A stretch of DNA of 64,000 bases from a virus (taxonomy: Duplodnaviria; Caudoviricetes). The stretch lies in the IMG/VR virus record IMGVR_UViG_3300025372_000001, one strand, 5' to 3'. The position numbers and the translations under genes were made by a program. Shown here piece after piece: positions 28,731-38,388 of the stretch. Position 1 is the first letter of the stretch. Every line of letters starts with the position of its first letter. The notes beneath the pieces were generated by a model. The model made no database searches, was not told the DNA's origin, and saw only the letters and a list, made by a program, of their open reading frames with translations.

Positions 28731-29764
28731 GGTATTAGAGTTTCTCCATAAGATGCATTAGGCAATTCACACTCAATAAGTTCAAATGTCGCTGCATATT
28801 TGCAATTTCTATCATTATAAATTTTATCTAAATCAACATAATCAAAACAAGAATTACAGTTAATAACTTGTGGAACAGAAGATAAAATATTAGGAATATA
28901 TTGCCACGTTCCTTTGTCATTCACAAAAGTAAAATGCCCAACAAAATTAGTATAAATGAATTTATTATCAAACATTATTAATACATCCGCAGGAATATCT
29001 GTTGCAACAGATAGCAAGCCTTTTTGCTTAGGAACGAACAAGGTATAATGTTGATCTAATAAACTATAAATTAATTGAATATCAGAAATACTAAAATTAG
29101 TTAATAAACTAGTACTAGAGAAAACATTATTAGAGAATACTATATCATTGAAGATCAAAAGTAATTGATCAGGAGTAGTGACTAATAGATCAGGACGTTT
29201 ATTTCTAACTAGAATAGCATTAACGGCATTGACGACTGTTGCCATTTGATTAGTAACACATAGATAATCTGTAATATCTTTCACCGAATGTCCGTAACTA
29301 TTAGCAATAGCAGTTAAGGAAGTGTAAGATAATTCTCCAATCGGATAGTTATCCATAATAACTGGATCATAAGATTTAATTAAAAATTCTAAACGAATAT
29401 GTTGATTATCAAGAAAGTTGGAAGCAGGAAAGGTGTTATTTAACCATAATAATGCATCCACATAATTTCCTACTGTTGCAAATCCTGGTCCATAAACAAT
29501 ATTAATCGGTTCTTTCCAAAATTCTTGAGAATTAAATACAATATTAGAAGTATCAGTATATCTTTGTTTATTTCTATCTAGGAAATTCTTTTGATCAATT
29601 AAATCATTTTTGATACTGTTAATAGTGTCAGAGAAACTTTGCCATTTATTAATGGTTTGTTGCAGAACACAAATACGATTATTCATTAGATGGAAATTAC
29701 GATTAATATCCTCTAATGTATTGCCAATTGGCGTGTATTCTGTTAATTCAGTAATCGTTGACAT
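28727..29764 (-). CDS. putative virion/tail protein, paralog of 29768-30472
   Basis: Shared IGNxLxxIxxNF, FWxxPIxIxY and WLNxxFP. Confidence 0.7.
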   Translation of the reverse strand: MSTITELTEYTPIGNTLEDINRNFHLMNNRICVLQQTINKWQSFSDTINSIKNDLIDQKNFLDRNKQRYTDTSNIVFNSQEFWKEPINIVYGPGFATVGNYVDALLWLNNTFPASNFLDNQHIRLEFLIKSYDPVIMDNYPIGELSYTSLTAIANSYGHSVKDITDYLCVTNQMATVVNAVNAILVRNKRPDLLVTTPDQLLLIFNDIVFSNNVFSSTSLLTNFSISDIQLIYSLLDQHYTLFVPKQKGLLSVATDIPADVLIMFDNKFIYTNFVGHFTFVNDKGTWQYIPNILSSVPQVINCNSCFDYVDLDKIYNDRNCKYAATFELIECELPNASYGETLIP

Positions 29765-29767
29765 TTA

Positions 29768-30472
29768 TTAATTAAAAAGAAGCGTATCTTGTTGCCAGAC
29801 CAAATTGATTGGATCAATGATATATTTATAACCTACTAATCTATCAATATATTTGTCAGGAACATCAATGGAAGCAGTGATACTTCCACAATCAACATTA
29901 CCATAGTTGACATAAGAATAAGTTCCTCGTTTGATACAAGAACAGAAACAATTAACCCCAACAGTCTTAATACCTTGATTTACTGTTTTGGTTAAATAAC
30001 GGTTGATTTCTTGATATTCTGGCGTAAAAATGTATAATTCTTGTCCTACAATAAAATTGAAACATAATCCATTTCTAATAGGGAAATTCTCATTTAACCA
30101 TGCAGTTACATTAGCCGTAATTTGATCAGTGTTGTTTGCATCAAATGGAAAAGGATAAATGATAGTGATCGGTTTTAACCAAAATGCCGAAGATTGTGAA
30201 ACAGTCGTAAATGTTTCTTGCCAACAAGAACTAAGGGTTGCAACGGTTTGTTGAGATTGAACCCAATTTGCACTAAGATTAGCAAAGGTATTAAAGGCAG
30301 AATTCCATAGATTTGTTGCACTGTATTCCAAATTACAAGTTTGAATATCTAAATTACGGAAATTATAAGTGATAGATGAAAGAGAATTACCGATACTTTC
30401 TCCATATGCAATAGGAATAACGTGTTGGCAAGTATCATCTACTTTACAAAGTTGATTATTTAAATAGTTCAT
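29768..30472 (-). CDS. putative virion/tail protein
   Basis: Same motifs as 28727-29764. Confidence 0.7.
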   Translation of the reverse strand: MNYLNNQLCKVDDTCQHVIPIAYGESIGNSLSSITYNFRNLDIQTCNLEYSATNLWNSAFNTFANLSANWVQSQQTVATLSSCWQETFTTVSQSSAFWLKPITIIYPFPFDANNTDQITANVTAWLNENFPIRNGLCFNFIVGQELYIFTPEYQEINRYLTKTVNQGIKTVGVNCFCSCIKRGTYSYVNYGNVDCGSITASIDVPDKYIDRLVGYKYIIDPINLVWQQDTLLFN

Positions 30473-30480
30473 TGTTTAAA

Positions 30481-33400
30481 TTATTTACAGAGGTCGATGC
30501 AGTTATCAAAGATTTCATAAGGTTGTTGGCAGCAATTATTTTCCAAATCTTTCCACGATTTAGTGAATCGTGTTCCTGGTAAGGTGTCATCCCAAGTAAC
30601 AGGATGGATACATTGGCAACACATTTGTTCCCAAACCCAACAAATAGGAAATTGATTATCTATTCCTGGTTGAACGAAAGAAATATTTCCCCATGTAATT
30701 CCACTAACATCAGGATTAATCACAGATTGCACATCAGTTAATTCTTTCCATGTATAAGGATTCTTGTATTTGCTAGTAAATTGTGGTCCGCTGATTCTAT
30801 GATAATCCCACGTCCAAATAATATTAGAAGCCGTAACACAAACAAATCTAACATCCAACATCCCCCGCAATGCTTCCAAATTATCCCTAATGATACCAAA
30901 ATTTCTATTAATGGTTTCCCAGTTAACCACCTCATTAACCCCTAATAATTGTAAACCAGATAATGTAGGTATCTCATTACTGTTAATAGGAAGAATAGAT
31001 TGACTAATAAAGTTACCTAATGCATCTGTATTATACACGAACTTATAATTAATATCATTCTTGAAATTACAAATATTATTATAAATCTTTTGAAAGCTAT
31101 TATTGAAGGTTACATCGGAAACCATTTCATCTGCAACAATCTCACAAGCAGAAACATTCCAAGAACTTAAAGTGTAATTAGGTGTTAATACCGAACTAGT
31201 AGTCAAGTAATCAATTGCTTTAATAATGATTCCGTCACAAACAATATATAACTCTTGATTCTTAACTTTAATAGAATTAATGGTTGTAACATTGGTTAAG
31301 GATTGACTACCTAAATATGATCCATTTAGATAATAGAAATACAAAGTATTGCCGTCAAATGTGATGATTCGATAGGAATGATTATCAGGAATAATAAATC
31401 CGGTTCCTTGAATATTGTTTAGAATGTTAAGGAGATTATGGTTACTATCCAGAATAATGATGGTTTGATTATCAGTTAGAATATAAATGTTATCTTGAAA
31501 GAAGTCAATAGCAACAGGCAAGTCGGAGACGGAATAATCAGTAAGAGTGATTGATTGGGTCCAATTGAGATATTTGTTATAAACCTTGATATTTCCGCTG
31601 TCTTTATCAACAACGTATAGATTGCCCGTAGAATCCATTTTAAAGTCCGTAGGATTGTTTAAACGGGTGCGACTGTCTCGTTTACCTACTCCTCCCCAAT
31701 AATGCGTTAAAACCACCGTACTATTCAAAGAATCAATATTGAAAACAAATACCTGTTTAAGAGTATTATCTAATAAAAATAATCTATCATCTTTAACCAG
31801 CATTCTTGTTGGATTGGTGAATAATTCTGCATTAGGAATACGATCAACTTCAAAGATTTCAGAAAGATGAATATCATCATTTTGGAAGGTTACTTTGTTA
31901 TCAGCAAGAAGCACATAATTATCCCCAAAGAAAGCCAAGTCTTTGATATTTTTTAAAGTGTAATTTTGGTATTCGGTTTGATAAGAATTGTCGAATCTCC
32001 ATTTAATAATTCCGCGACGTTCGCCATACCAACTTATATTATATTTCGGAAAAGTAGGATTAACAATCGTATGATTGTTGTTTAAGGTATTGAAATTATC
32101 AAATACTTTATTAACTTGATTATTGAATGTGGAAGCGAATTGCCAATCATCTGCATTGATTCCAATGTTATTGAAAGGAAGAGTAATATTGTCAGGAATT
32201 TCTCGGAATAAACCGGGATTATAATTTTCAAAAGAATCTTTAACAACTAATAGATCAGTATATTTCTTAGAAGATGGCGCATATAACCTATTGAAACTGG
32301 TGACAGAAGGACTGTATGTTCCCGCAGAAAGATACCTAGCAGTAATAGTGGTATTATTTGTAAATGAATATAAATTACCTAATCCATCATCTAATCTATA
32401 AGCATAATAATACCGAGATTGTGGAAAGTTTGTAGTTATATGAACTAATTCCCCGGAAGAAAGAAGATTCTTATTGACATAAATGTCCAATGATGGATAA
32501 TCAAATGCAGAAATATTGATAGAATTTGTTAGGAAATTCTCTGCAATAGGACACATAGTTGAATTAGCCAGTTTCTTCAGAACTGTTCCACTTGCCCAAA
32601 AAGTAAAGGATGTATCAGTATTTTCCTTAATAGATAAAACTCTGGTTGGATTAGAAGTAAACCTGGTGATATATGATTTATCATTTAAATGAACAGGATA
32701 AGTCCGAGAACCATCATTGACCATTAAATCATAATCAATAGAAACGATTTCGAATGGATTATGTTCAATTTCAAAATCAACATAATCGAGTGTTCTATTG
32801 ATGAAGAACCGATCAGCATTGGCTGATAAGGTTGCATTAAAAGGAGGAAGGTCTTCAAATCTTAATAATTGTTTATAGATTGAACTATCATCAGCAGATG
32901 CAACATTATAAATGGTTAAGTAATCTTCTGGTCCAAAATATTGATTAAATGCTTTAATATTGATTGGAGAAGCAGATAATACAGATAAGGCATTATTATC
33001 AATAGGATAATAGAATAAGGAAGAGTTGGAGGTTAGAGAAGGGCCATTAGTTACTTCATAAACATATTGATCAAAGCCGGGAGCAGCAGAGAATACAATA
33101 GAATTGGTATAACAAGGAACATTATAAGAAGTTAATCCGCTAGAAGAAACAGCATAGTTACTAACATTTAATTCTATTTGAGGATCATAGGCATATTGCG
33201 GAAAGCTGATATAATCAAAGGGTTGAATTCCGGTTAGAAGGAATACACACATACTTTCTTCAAAGTTATATGCTTTAAAATTACCGAAGATAGGAGTTGC
33301 TCCGAAAGCAGTGACACTTGCACAAATGGAACTAACTAAAGGCATTGCCACGGATAATCCTGAATAGTTGACATTATTAATTGTCCAAAGAATATTAGAA

Positions 33401-36240
33401 GGAATAGAAGAAACCGCAGAGATACCAGTTGAGCCAAGGCTGGTGATTTGCCAATTAAGGGCGGCAATATCAGCAATAAGAACAATATCCGCCGTTGCAG
33501 GGAATACAGTATTGACGAAGTTTTTACTATTGATATAAACTCCATTATCAGCAGAAAGAATGATGGAAAAATTACAATCAGGGAATTGACGGAAATTAAA
33601 TAATTTATCCGTAGTCATATTGTAATATTTTTGAGAGATATTACAATCGACATTGAAGGGAATTAGATTCGGATCATTATGGGATTTGATTGTGGAGAAA
33701 ATAGGAACAATGTGGGAATCTTGATAAGAAGCAGGATGAATGACATTTTCGGTTAAATTGACACGGTTCCAATCTTGCAGATGGAAGATTCCTTTAGGAT
33801 TGTGAAGGGTTTCTTTCCATGAGATATGAGCATCAAGAGGAACACGATAATTGAGTTGATTATAAACACACCATGCAGAAATGGGCACATGATTAATATA
33901 ATTCATATCGTATACATTTCCTTGTAATGTTCTTATATCAGTTGTAAGAGTCAATCCTACATTCTGCCATATACCTGTTACAGGAGGATACCATGTAACT
34001 GCTCCTGATATATCATATTCTTGAGAATAAAGTGTAAGAGTAGTTCTATCTACGCCTAGTCTATCCACATAGACATTTAAAGGTCCAGCAGGAATTAATG
34101 TATTAGTGGGAACAAATTTAGTTGTGGAGGTTGGAGGAGGAATAGTTAATACCTTCCAGAATCCATTCCAACCAACAGAAACTCCTGGTTCAGTACCACC
34201 GACTGATACGCTTGGTCCATAAGAAGCAAAATTAGAATTTACACATTCATAAGTTACTCCATTATGAAATACTTGATAACCCCCTAAATCAACACCTACT
34301 TCATCACTGGCATTAGAGGTATATTCAATACCTGCGATCCAATCAGGTTTAGTTGAAGAAGTTGCATATCCAATCGTTCCTATTTTCCATGCATTTTGCC
34401 ATTGATTACCTACTTCAGGAGCATAATCACTGCCATAATGAGCATTAATACTTTCATATAATGTTCCATTATACATGACTTGTGAACCTCTTTGATAAAT
34501 TCCAACAGATGCGCCTTCCCCAAGATAAGGAGGAAAGGTAGGATCATATGGAGGAATATAACTACTTGCATTAGATACAAATTCGGTTGTTTCAGATAAT
34601 CTAACATTTTCTGGAGGAAATATATCCCAAGAAATATTCATATTAGGATCATAATTCGGAAACATTGATACATTTAAATAAATTTGTGTATCAGATAAGG
34701 ACGAAATAGCAAAACTAATAGATGCTAAATTTTTATTAAGAATAAAATTAAATTGATCAGAATAATAATAAGAACCTGTAAATGAACTTATTTCAAATAC
34801 AACTGTGTGATTATTTGCGACATGATTATTATATAAACTAATATTTTGATTTAAAGGAAACCATTCTCCTTGAAGATATAATTCATTAGTAACTAGGTTC
34901 TTAGCACTTAATGTAGGATCATTGGTTAGTTCTTGGAATTTGGCCCGAATTTTATCTGTTCCTTCTGTAATTGCAAAAGTATTTTGGAAATAATTATCCA
35001 TCATATATGCAGACAATTGAACAGAAGATAGATTAGAATTATAGATAGTAAAATCTGGCCGGAAATGAATAGAACAACCTGAATAACTTTTTCCTGTGAC
35101 ACTTAGAGCAGAGGTCGTGAAATCAAAAGTAGAGAAATAAATACTTTCCGCCGAACTTAATGTATAAACATTCGGACTGGTATTATTGATGGAGAACTTA
35201 GTAATATCTGTGGCAGATGTTCGGGTTTGATAAGTGACATGAACAGGAGTATTTCTTGTAATATAAACATTATTATCAAGGGCAATATTAACTAAACCAG
35301 TATTATAGTTAATATTACTAGCTGGATCAACATAAGGATAAGGGATATTATACCCTTCATTAGGATAAAGACTATTGGTTTGTTCCAATTGTCTTCCGAC
35401 TAATTGAGTGTTATTAGCAGGATTTCCCCATACTGTATAATCATATGTTCGAGCAGCCAGATAATTAAGATCGATGGGTAATCCTACGAAGAAGCTATTA
35501 TTTCCTTGTGAACCGGTATAAGGATCAATTCTATTGTACCAGCGATAGGTTTGATTGTATTGAACTGCACTTTGATATGCCCAATATGCTCCTGGTGCCA
35601 TATTCAATGCAGTAATAGTTTTAAATGAAATAGATAATGATTCAGGAATGATATTATTATCCAATTGTAATTGTAAAGTATTGGCAGGATTTTGCATATA
35701 ATATGCAACATAATCCTTCTTTAATGCTGAATAATAGGCAGAAGTACAAACAATCTGACAATTATAACTACTTGGAGCAATAAGAGTTGGACTGGTATTA
35801 AGTTTTCTAAATTGTTCTTTAGAAATATCATCATTAATAACGAAAGGGGGAAGGAAACCGGAACTGACAACGATGGAATGGTTATCTAGTTTAGTTATGG
35901 CAGGATGAACATGGGTGGGAAAGACGGTGAAGGCAGAAACACCCGCAGAGAAAGAACCGTACAGATATTGATCAGGAGATTTAACTGTCCATGTTAAAGG
36001 GAAATTATCAGGAAGATTAATGAAACAAGAAGGAGTGGTAAAAGTAGTGTACGGCGGATTAACATTTTGTAATCCATAAGTGGAATCGAGGCTGAAACGT
36101 TCCACCCCAACATCATAATTACTATTAAAGAAATAAAGGCCGAGACGTTCTTGAACGGCAGCAACATCAATAGGATTCAAAGTAATTTGTAATACTTCTG
36201 TCGGAAATCCACTTAAAGCTGAAACACTATTGATAATCAT
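30481..36240 (-). CDS. 1919-aa late multidomain virion protein (CBM5/12-like repeats, PKD-like, NHL beta-propeller)
   Basis: YQRGSQVMYNGTLYES...W and VFHNGVTYEC...W; YLSAGTYSPSVT; LNNPTDFKMDSTGNLYVVD; TAAATA 36247-36252. Confidence 0.75.
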   Translation of the reverse strand: MIINSVSALSGFPTEVLQITLNPIDVAAVQERLGLYFFNSNYDVGVERFSLDSTYGLQNVNPPYTTFTTPSCFINLPDNFPLTWTVKSPDQYLYGSFSAGVSAFTVFPTHVHPAITKLDNHSIVVSSGFLPPFVINDDISKEQFRKLNTSPTLIAPSSYNCQIVCTSAYYSALKKDYVAYYMQNPANTLQLQLDNNIIPESLSISFKTITALNMAPGAYWAYQSAVQYNQTYRWYNRIDPYTGSQGNNSFFVGLPIDLNYLAARTYDYTVWGNPANNTQLVGRQLEQTNSLYPNEGYNIPYPYVDPASNINYNTGLVNIALDNNVYITRNTPVHVTYQTRTSATDITKFSINNTSPNVYTLSSAESIYFSTFDFTTSALSVTGKSYSGCSIHFRPDFTIYNSNLSSVQLSAYMMDNYFQNTFAITEGTDKIRAKFQELTNDPTLSAKNLVTNELYLQGEWFPLNQNISLYNNHVANNHTVVFEISSFTGSYYYSDQFNFILNKNLASISFAISSLSDTQIYLNVSMFPNYDPNMNISWDIFPPENVRLSETTEFVSNASSYIPPYDPTFPPYLGEGASVGIYQRGSQVMYNGTLYESINAHYGSDYAPEVGNQWQNAWKIGTIGYATSSTKPDWIAGIEYTSNASDEVGVDLGGYQVFHNGVTYECVNSNFASYGPSVSVGGTEPGVSVGWNGFWKVLTIPPPTSTTKFVPTNTLIPAGPLNVYVDRLGVDRTTLTLYSQEYDISGAVTWYPPVTGIWQNVGLTLTTDIRTLQGNVYDMNYINHVPISAWCVYNQLNYRVPLDAHISWKETLHNPKGIFHLQDWNRVNLTENVIHPASYQDSHIVPIFSTIKSHNDPNLIPFNVDCNISQKYYNMTTDKLFNFRQFPDCNFSIILSADNGVYINSKNFVNTVFPATADIVLIADIAALNWQITSLGSTGISAVSSIPSNILWTINNVNYSGLSVAMPLVSSICASVTAFGATPIFGNFKAYNFEESMCVFLLTGIQPFDYISFPQYAYDPQIELNVSNYAVSSSGLTSYNVPCYTNSIVFSAAPGFDQYVYEVTNGPSLTSNSSLFYYPIDNNALSVLSASPINIKAFNQYFGPEDYLTIYNVASADDSSIYKQLLRFEDLPPFNATLSANADRFFINRTLDYVDFEIEHNPFEIVSIDYDLMVNDGSRTYPVHLNDKSYITRFTSNPTRVLSIKENTDTSFTFWASGTVLKKLANSTMCPIAENFLTNSINISAFDYPSLDIYVNKNLLSSGELVHITTNFPQSRYYYAYRLDDGLGNLYSFTNNTTITARYLSAGTYSPSVTSFNRLYAPSSKKYTDLLVVKDSFENYNPGLFREIPDNITLPFNNIGINADDWQFASTFNNQVNKVFDNFNTLNNNHTIVNPTFPKYNISWYGERRGIIKWRFDNSYQTEYQNYTLKNIKDLAFFGDNYVLLADNKVTFQNDDIHLSEIFEVDRIPNAELFTNPTRMLVKDDRLFLLDNTLKQVFVFNIDSLNSTVVLTHYWGGVGKRDSRTRLNNPTDFKMDSTGNLYVVDKDSGNIKVYNKYLNWTQSITLTDYSVSDLPVAIDFFQDNIYILTDNQTIIILDSNHNLLNILNNIQGTGFIIPDNHSYRIITFDGNTLYFYYLNGSYLGSQSLTNVTTINSIKVKNQELYIVCDGIIIKAIDYLTTSSVLTPNYTLSSWNVSACEIVADEMVSDVTFNNSFQKIYNNICNFKNDINYKFVYNTDALGNFISQSILPINSNEIPTLSGLQLLGVNEVVNWETINRNFGIIRDNLEALRGMLDVRFVCVTASNIIWTWDYHRISGPQFTSKYKNPYTWKELTDVQSVINPDVSGITWGNISFVQPGIDNQFPICWVWEQMCCQCIHPVTWDDTLPGTRFTKSWKDLENNCCQQPYEIFDNCIDLCK

Positions 36241-36294
36241 TACCTTTATTTATTAACGATAGAAACCGGAGATGGATTATGATATATAGTAATA

Positions 36295-36522
36295 ATGTTA
36301 TTCTGGATCATTTTATTAATTTTAATTTATTCTTTTGGCGGTTTTTATTTTATGCGGGATTACTATCAAAGATGTTATCTTTCAGGAAGTTTACCTTTTA
36401 ATGGTTCAATGATAAAATTCGTAGGATTTTCTTTGATGTTGGGAGTTTTCACGGCATATTTGTGTATTGTTTCGTTTGTTGTGATATTTTGGCGGTTGTT
36501 GAACGAAATTTGTAAAAAATAA
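36295..36522 (+). CDS. small membrane protein (2 TM)
   Basis: Two hydrophobic segments. Confidence 0.6.
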   Translation: MLFWIILLILIYSFGGFYFMRDYYQRCYLSGSLPFNGSMIKFVGFSLMLGVFTAYLCIVSFVVIFWRLLNEICKK

Positions 36523-36553
36523 TTGACATTGGATAATATAGGTGATATAGTGA

Positions 36554-36698
36554 ATGGCACTGGTAAGCCTCTCTCATCAGGAGGCGGATGATGAAGAACA
36601 CTGAAAATATACAAAATTGTTAATTTGAAAACATAATAATCTAGTAAAAAGTTTTCCTTTTTGTAGAAAATAAGAGAATGTTCATCCAGTGTAACCAT
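36554..36698 (+). ncRNA. candidate structured ncRNA
   Basis: TTGACA-17nt-TATAGT upstream; 5'/3' ends pair (CACTGG/CCAGTG); GCCTC/GAGGC hairpin; GGATGA/TCATCC. Confidence 0.4.
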
Positions 36699-36910
36699 TT
36701 CAGAAAATAATTAAAAAATAATTGACATGAAGAATAAATATGGTAACGTATAGACGTTGTTAGTTGGTAGTAGTTCTTGATAAAGCATTCCTACGAGATG
36801 AACATCTGGCTAAAATAATCAAGAGGGTCTTGATGTTGATGCCGCTTAATTTGGACAAAAATAAGATGCTGTGAATGTTAGCAAAATTCGTAACAAAGGT
36901 AAATTTAAAT

Positions 36911-37002
36911 AGCAGGGTAGAGAAACAGTTGATCTCGTCGGGTTCATATTCCGAAGGCTACTCAAAAGCGCATAATTGGTGCAACACCAGCCCCTGCAAC
37001 CA
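36911..37002 (+). tRNA. atypical initiator-type tRNA-Met(CAT) with a 20-nt variable region
   Basis: AGCAGGG/CCCTGCA acceptor with 1:72 mismatch, ACCA end, TCGGG-TTCATAT-TCCGA anticodon arm; degenerate T loop TGCAACA. Confidence 0.75.
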
Positions 37003-37850
37003 TTCAATAAAAATATCAAATTCTTTTTGGACAAATTTGGGATTAAATTTACCCATGTCTTTTATGGTGTACGCGGTATAACCAACCTTTTCTATTTCGC
37101 TAATTTTTATTTTATCTCTGTTTTGAACTTGAGCGACCGAATGTTTATCTTTAATTTTCTTATAGTGCCATGCTCCGTTCCATAGTATAGCGATTCCGTA
37201 GTATGGAATAATTACATCTGCGTCCCACCCATTAAAAATAGGTTGATTTGTTTTAATATGTAGTCCGACTTGTTCGCATTTCTCCGCAAAAAGCGTTTCA
37301 TTCTTGCTTCTTCTTGTGTGCTTTTGAGAAGCGGCAGAGTTTCGACCACCTCTTCGTGCTCCGTCTAACCTAATAGAATTAGTGCATTCTATGCTACAGG
37401 TTTTCTTTAAACGGGTAGTTGCGATAAAATCTTTCTTACAGCACTCGCATTTCTTAAGAATATTGAAAAACGAACTAGGTTTTTTATATAGAGGTTTGCA
37501 TTCGGTACAAACCCTGCCATTTTTTCGAGAATTTGGTGAAACAGTAATGTTATTATTACAGTTAACACAATTTGTTTCTATAAATTTACCCTTTAATGTA
37601 AATCCTTTTTTAATACGTTCCGCATTATTATGGATTGCTCCACAAGATAATGAACAAAATAAACTATTTTTATATTTAACGAGATAGGGGGTATTACATT
37701 GTTTACATTCTGCATATTTGTGTTCTTTTTAGGCGGAACATAATTTTTAAAATTACAATGAAATTTTCCATTACAGGATTTAGAACAAAATAAATTAGGT
37801 TGTCCAGGTTTATCAGAAAAGAAAGTATTACAGAATTTACAATTAGCCAC
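36958..37850 (-). pseudogene. Zn-finger-repeat PD-(D/E)xK/Vsr-like homing-type endonuclease, frameshifted near 37728
   Basis: GTG 37850 frame joins a 256-codon open -1 frame (37728-36958) with RSKNE...WDADVII...ILWNGAWHY...QVQNRD; four CxxC..CxxxC repeats across both frames. Confidence 0.8.
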
Positions 37851-37958
37851 AAAGATATTTACCTTGACATTTGGTTAAATCACTAGTATAGTTCTATTAA
37901 GTCAGTGCGATTCTGACACGTTTGCAACATCATTCAATAATAAATAATAATAAATAAT

Positions 37959-38369
37959 ATGAAAAAAGTATCATTGTTTTCGAATATTTCATCGAAAACA
38001 TTAACTAATTATGAATTACATAATAGAGCATTTAAACCTACTTTCTATCTTGAATTGGAAGGAGAAGAATTTAAGTCCCAATATAAATTAGAGGTTGAAT
38101 CTTTTTATACATTATATAATTCTTTTAAAAAATGTGCGGAAATATTTGAAAATTACGAGAGAAAATTATCCGATTATAATATCGCAAAAAATCTCGGAAA
38201 GAAATTTGAATATACTGGTGAAGTTGATTTTGGCGGAGGTATAGGAAGATATACAATAGTTTCTTCGGAAACTTCGGAAGAAGAAATTAATAAGTTGATT
38301 TTAGATGCAGCACATACCAATAGTCAAAGTGCATATGTGTCAAGATACAGTATTACCAATATTCAATAA
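37959..38369 (+). CDS. hypothetical protein
   Basis: ORF track; TTGACA-17nt-TATAGT upstream. Confidence 0.65.
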   Translation: MKKVSLFSNISSKTLTNYELHNRAFKPTFYLELEGEEFKSQYKLEVESFYTLYNSFKKCAEIFENYERKLSDYNIAKNLGKKFEYTGEVDFGGGIGRYTIVSSETSEEEINKLILDAAHTNSQSAYVSRYSITNIQ

Positions 38370-38388
38370 TAACCAATAATTAAAAAAT

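Noticed and set aside
36574-36580. Second minus-strand CUGAUGA
   Set aside because: No downstream stem II-GAAA; promoter orientation favours the plus strand.
36815-36900. AUCAAGAG resembling the start of a SAM-I riboswitch
   Set aside because: GAGGGA kink-turn, GCAAC and GUGC elements are absent.
37899-37915. GTCAG-7nt-CTGAC hairpin resembling an anticodon arm
   Set aside because: No U33 and no D, T or acceptor arms; probably a simple leader hairpin.
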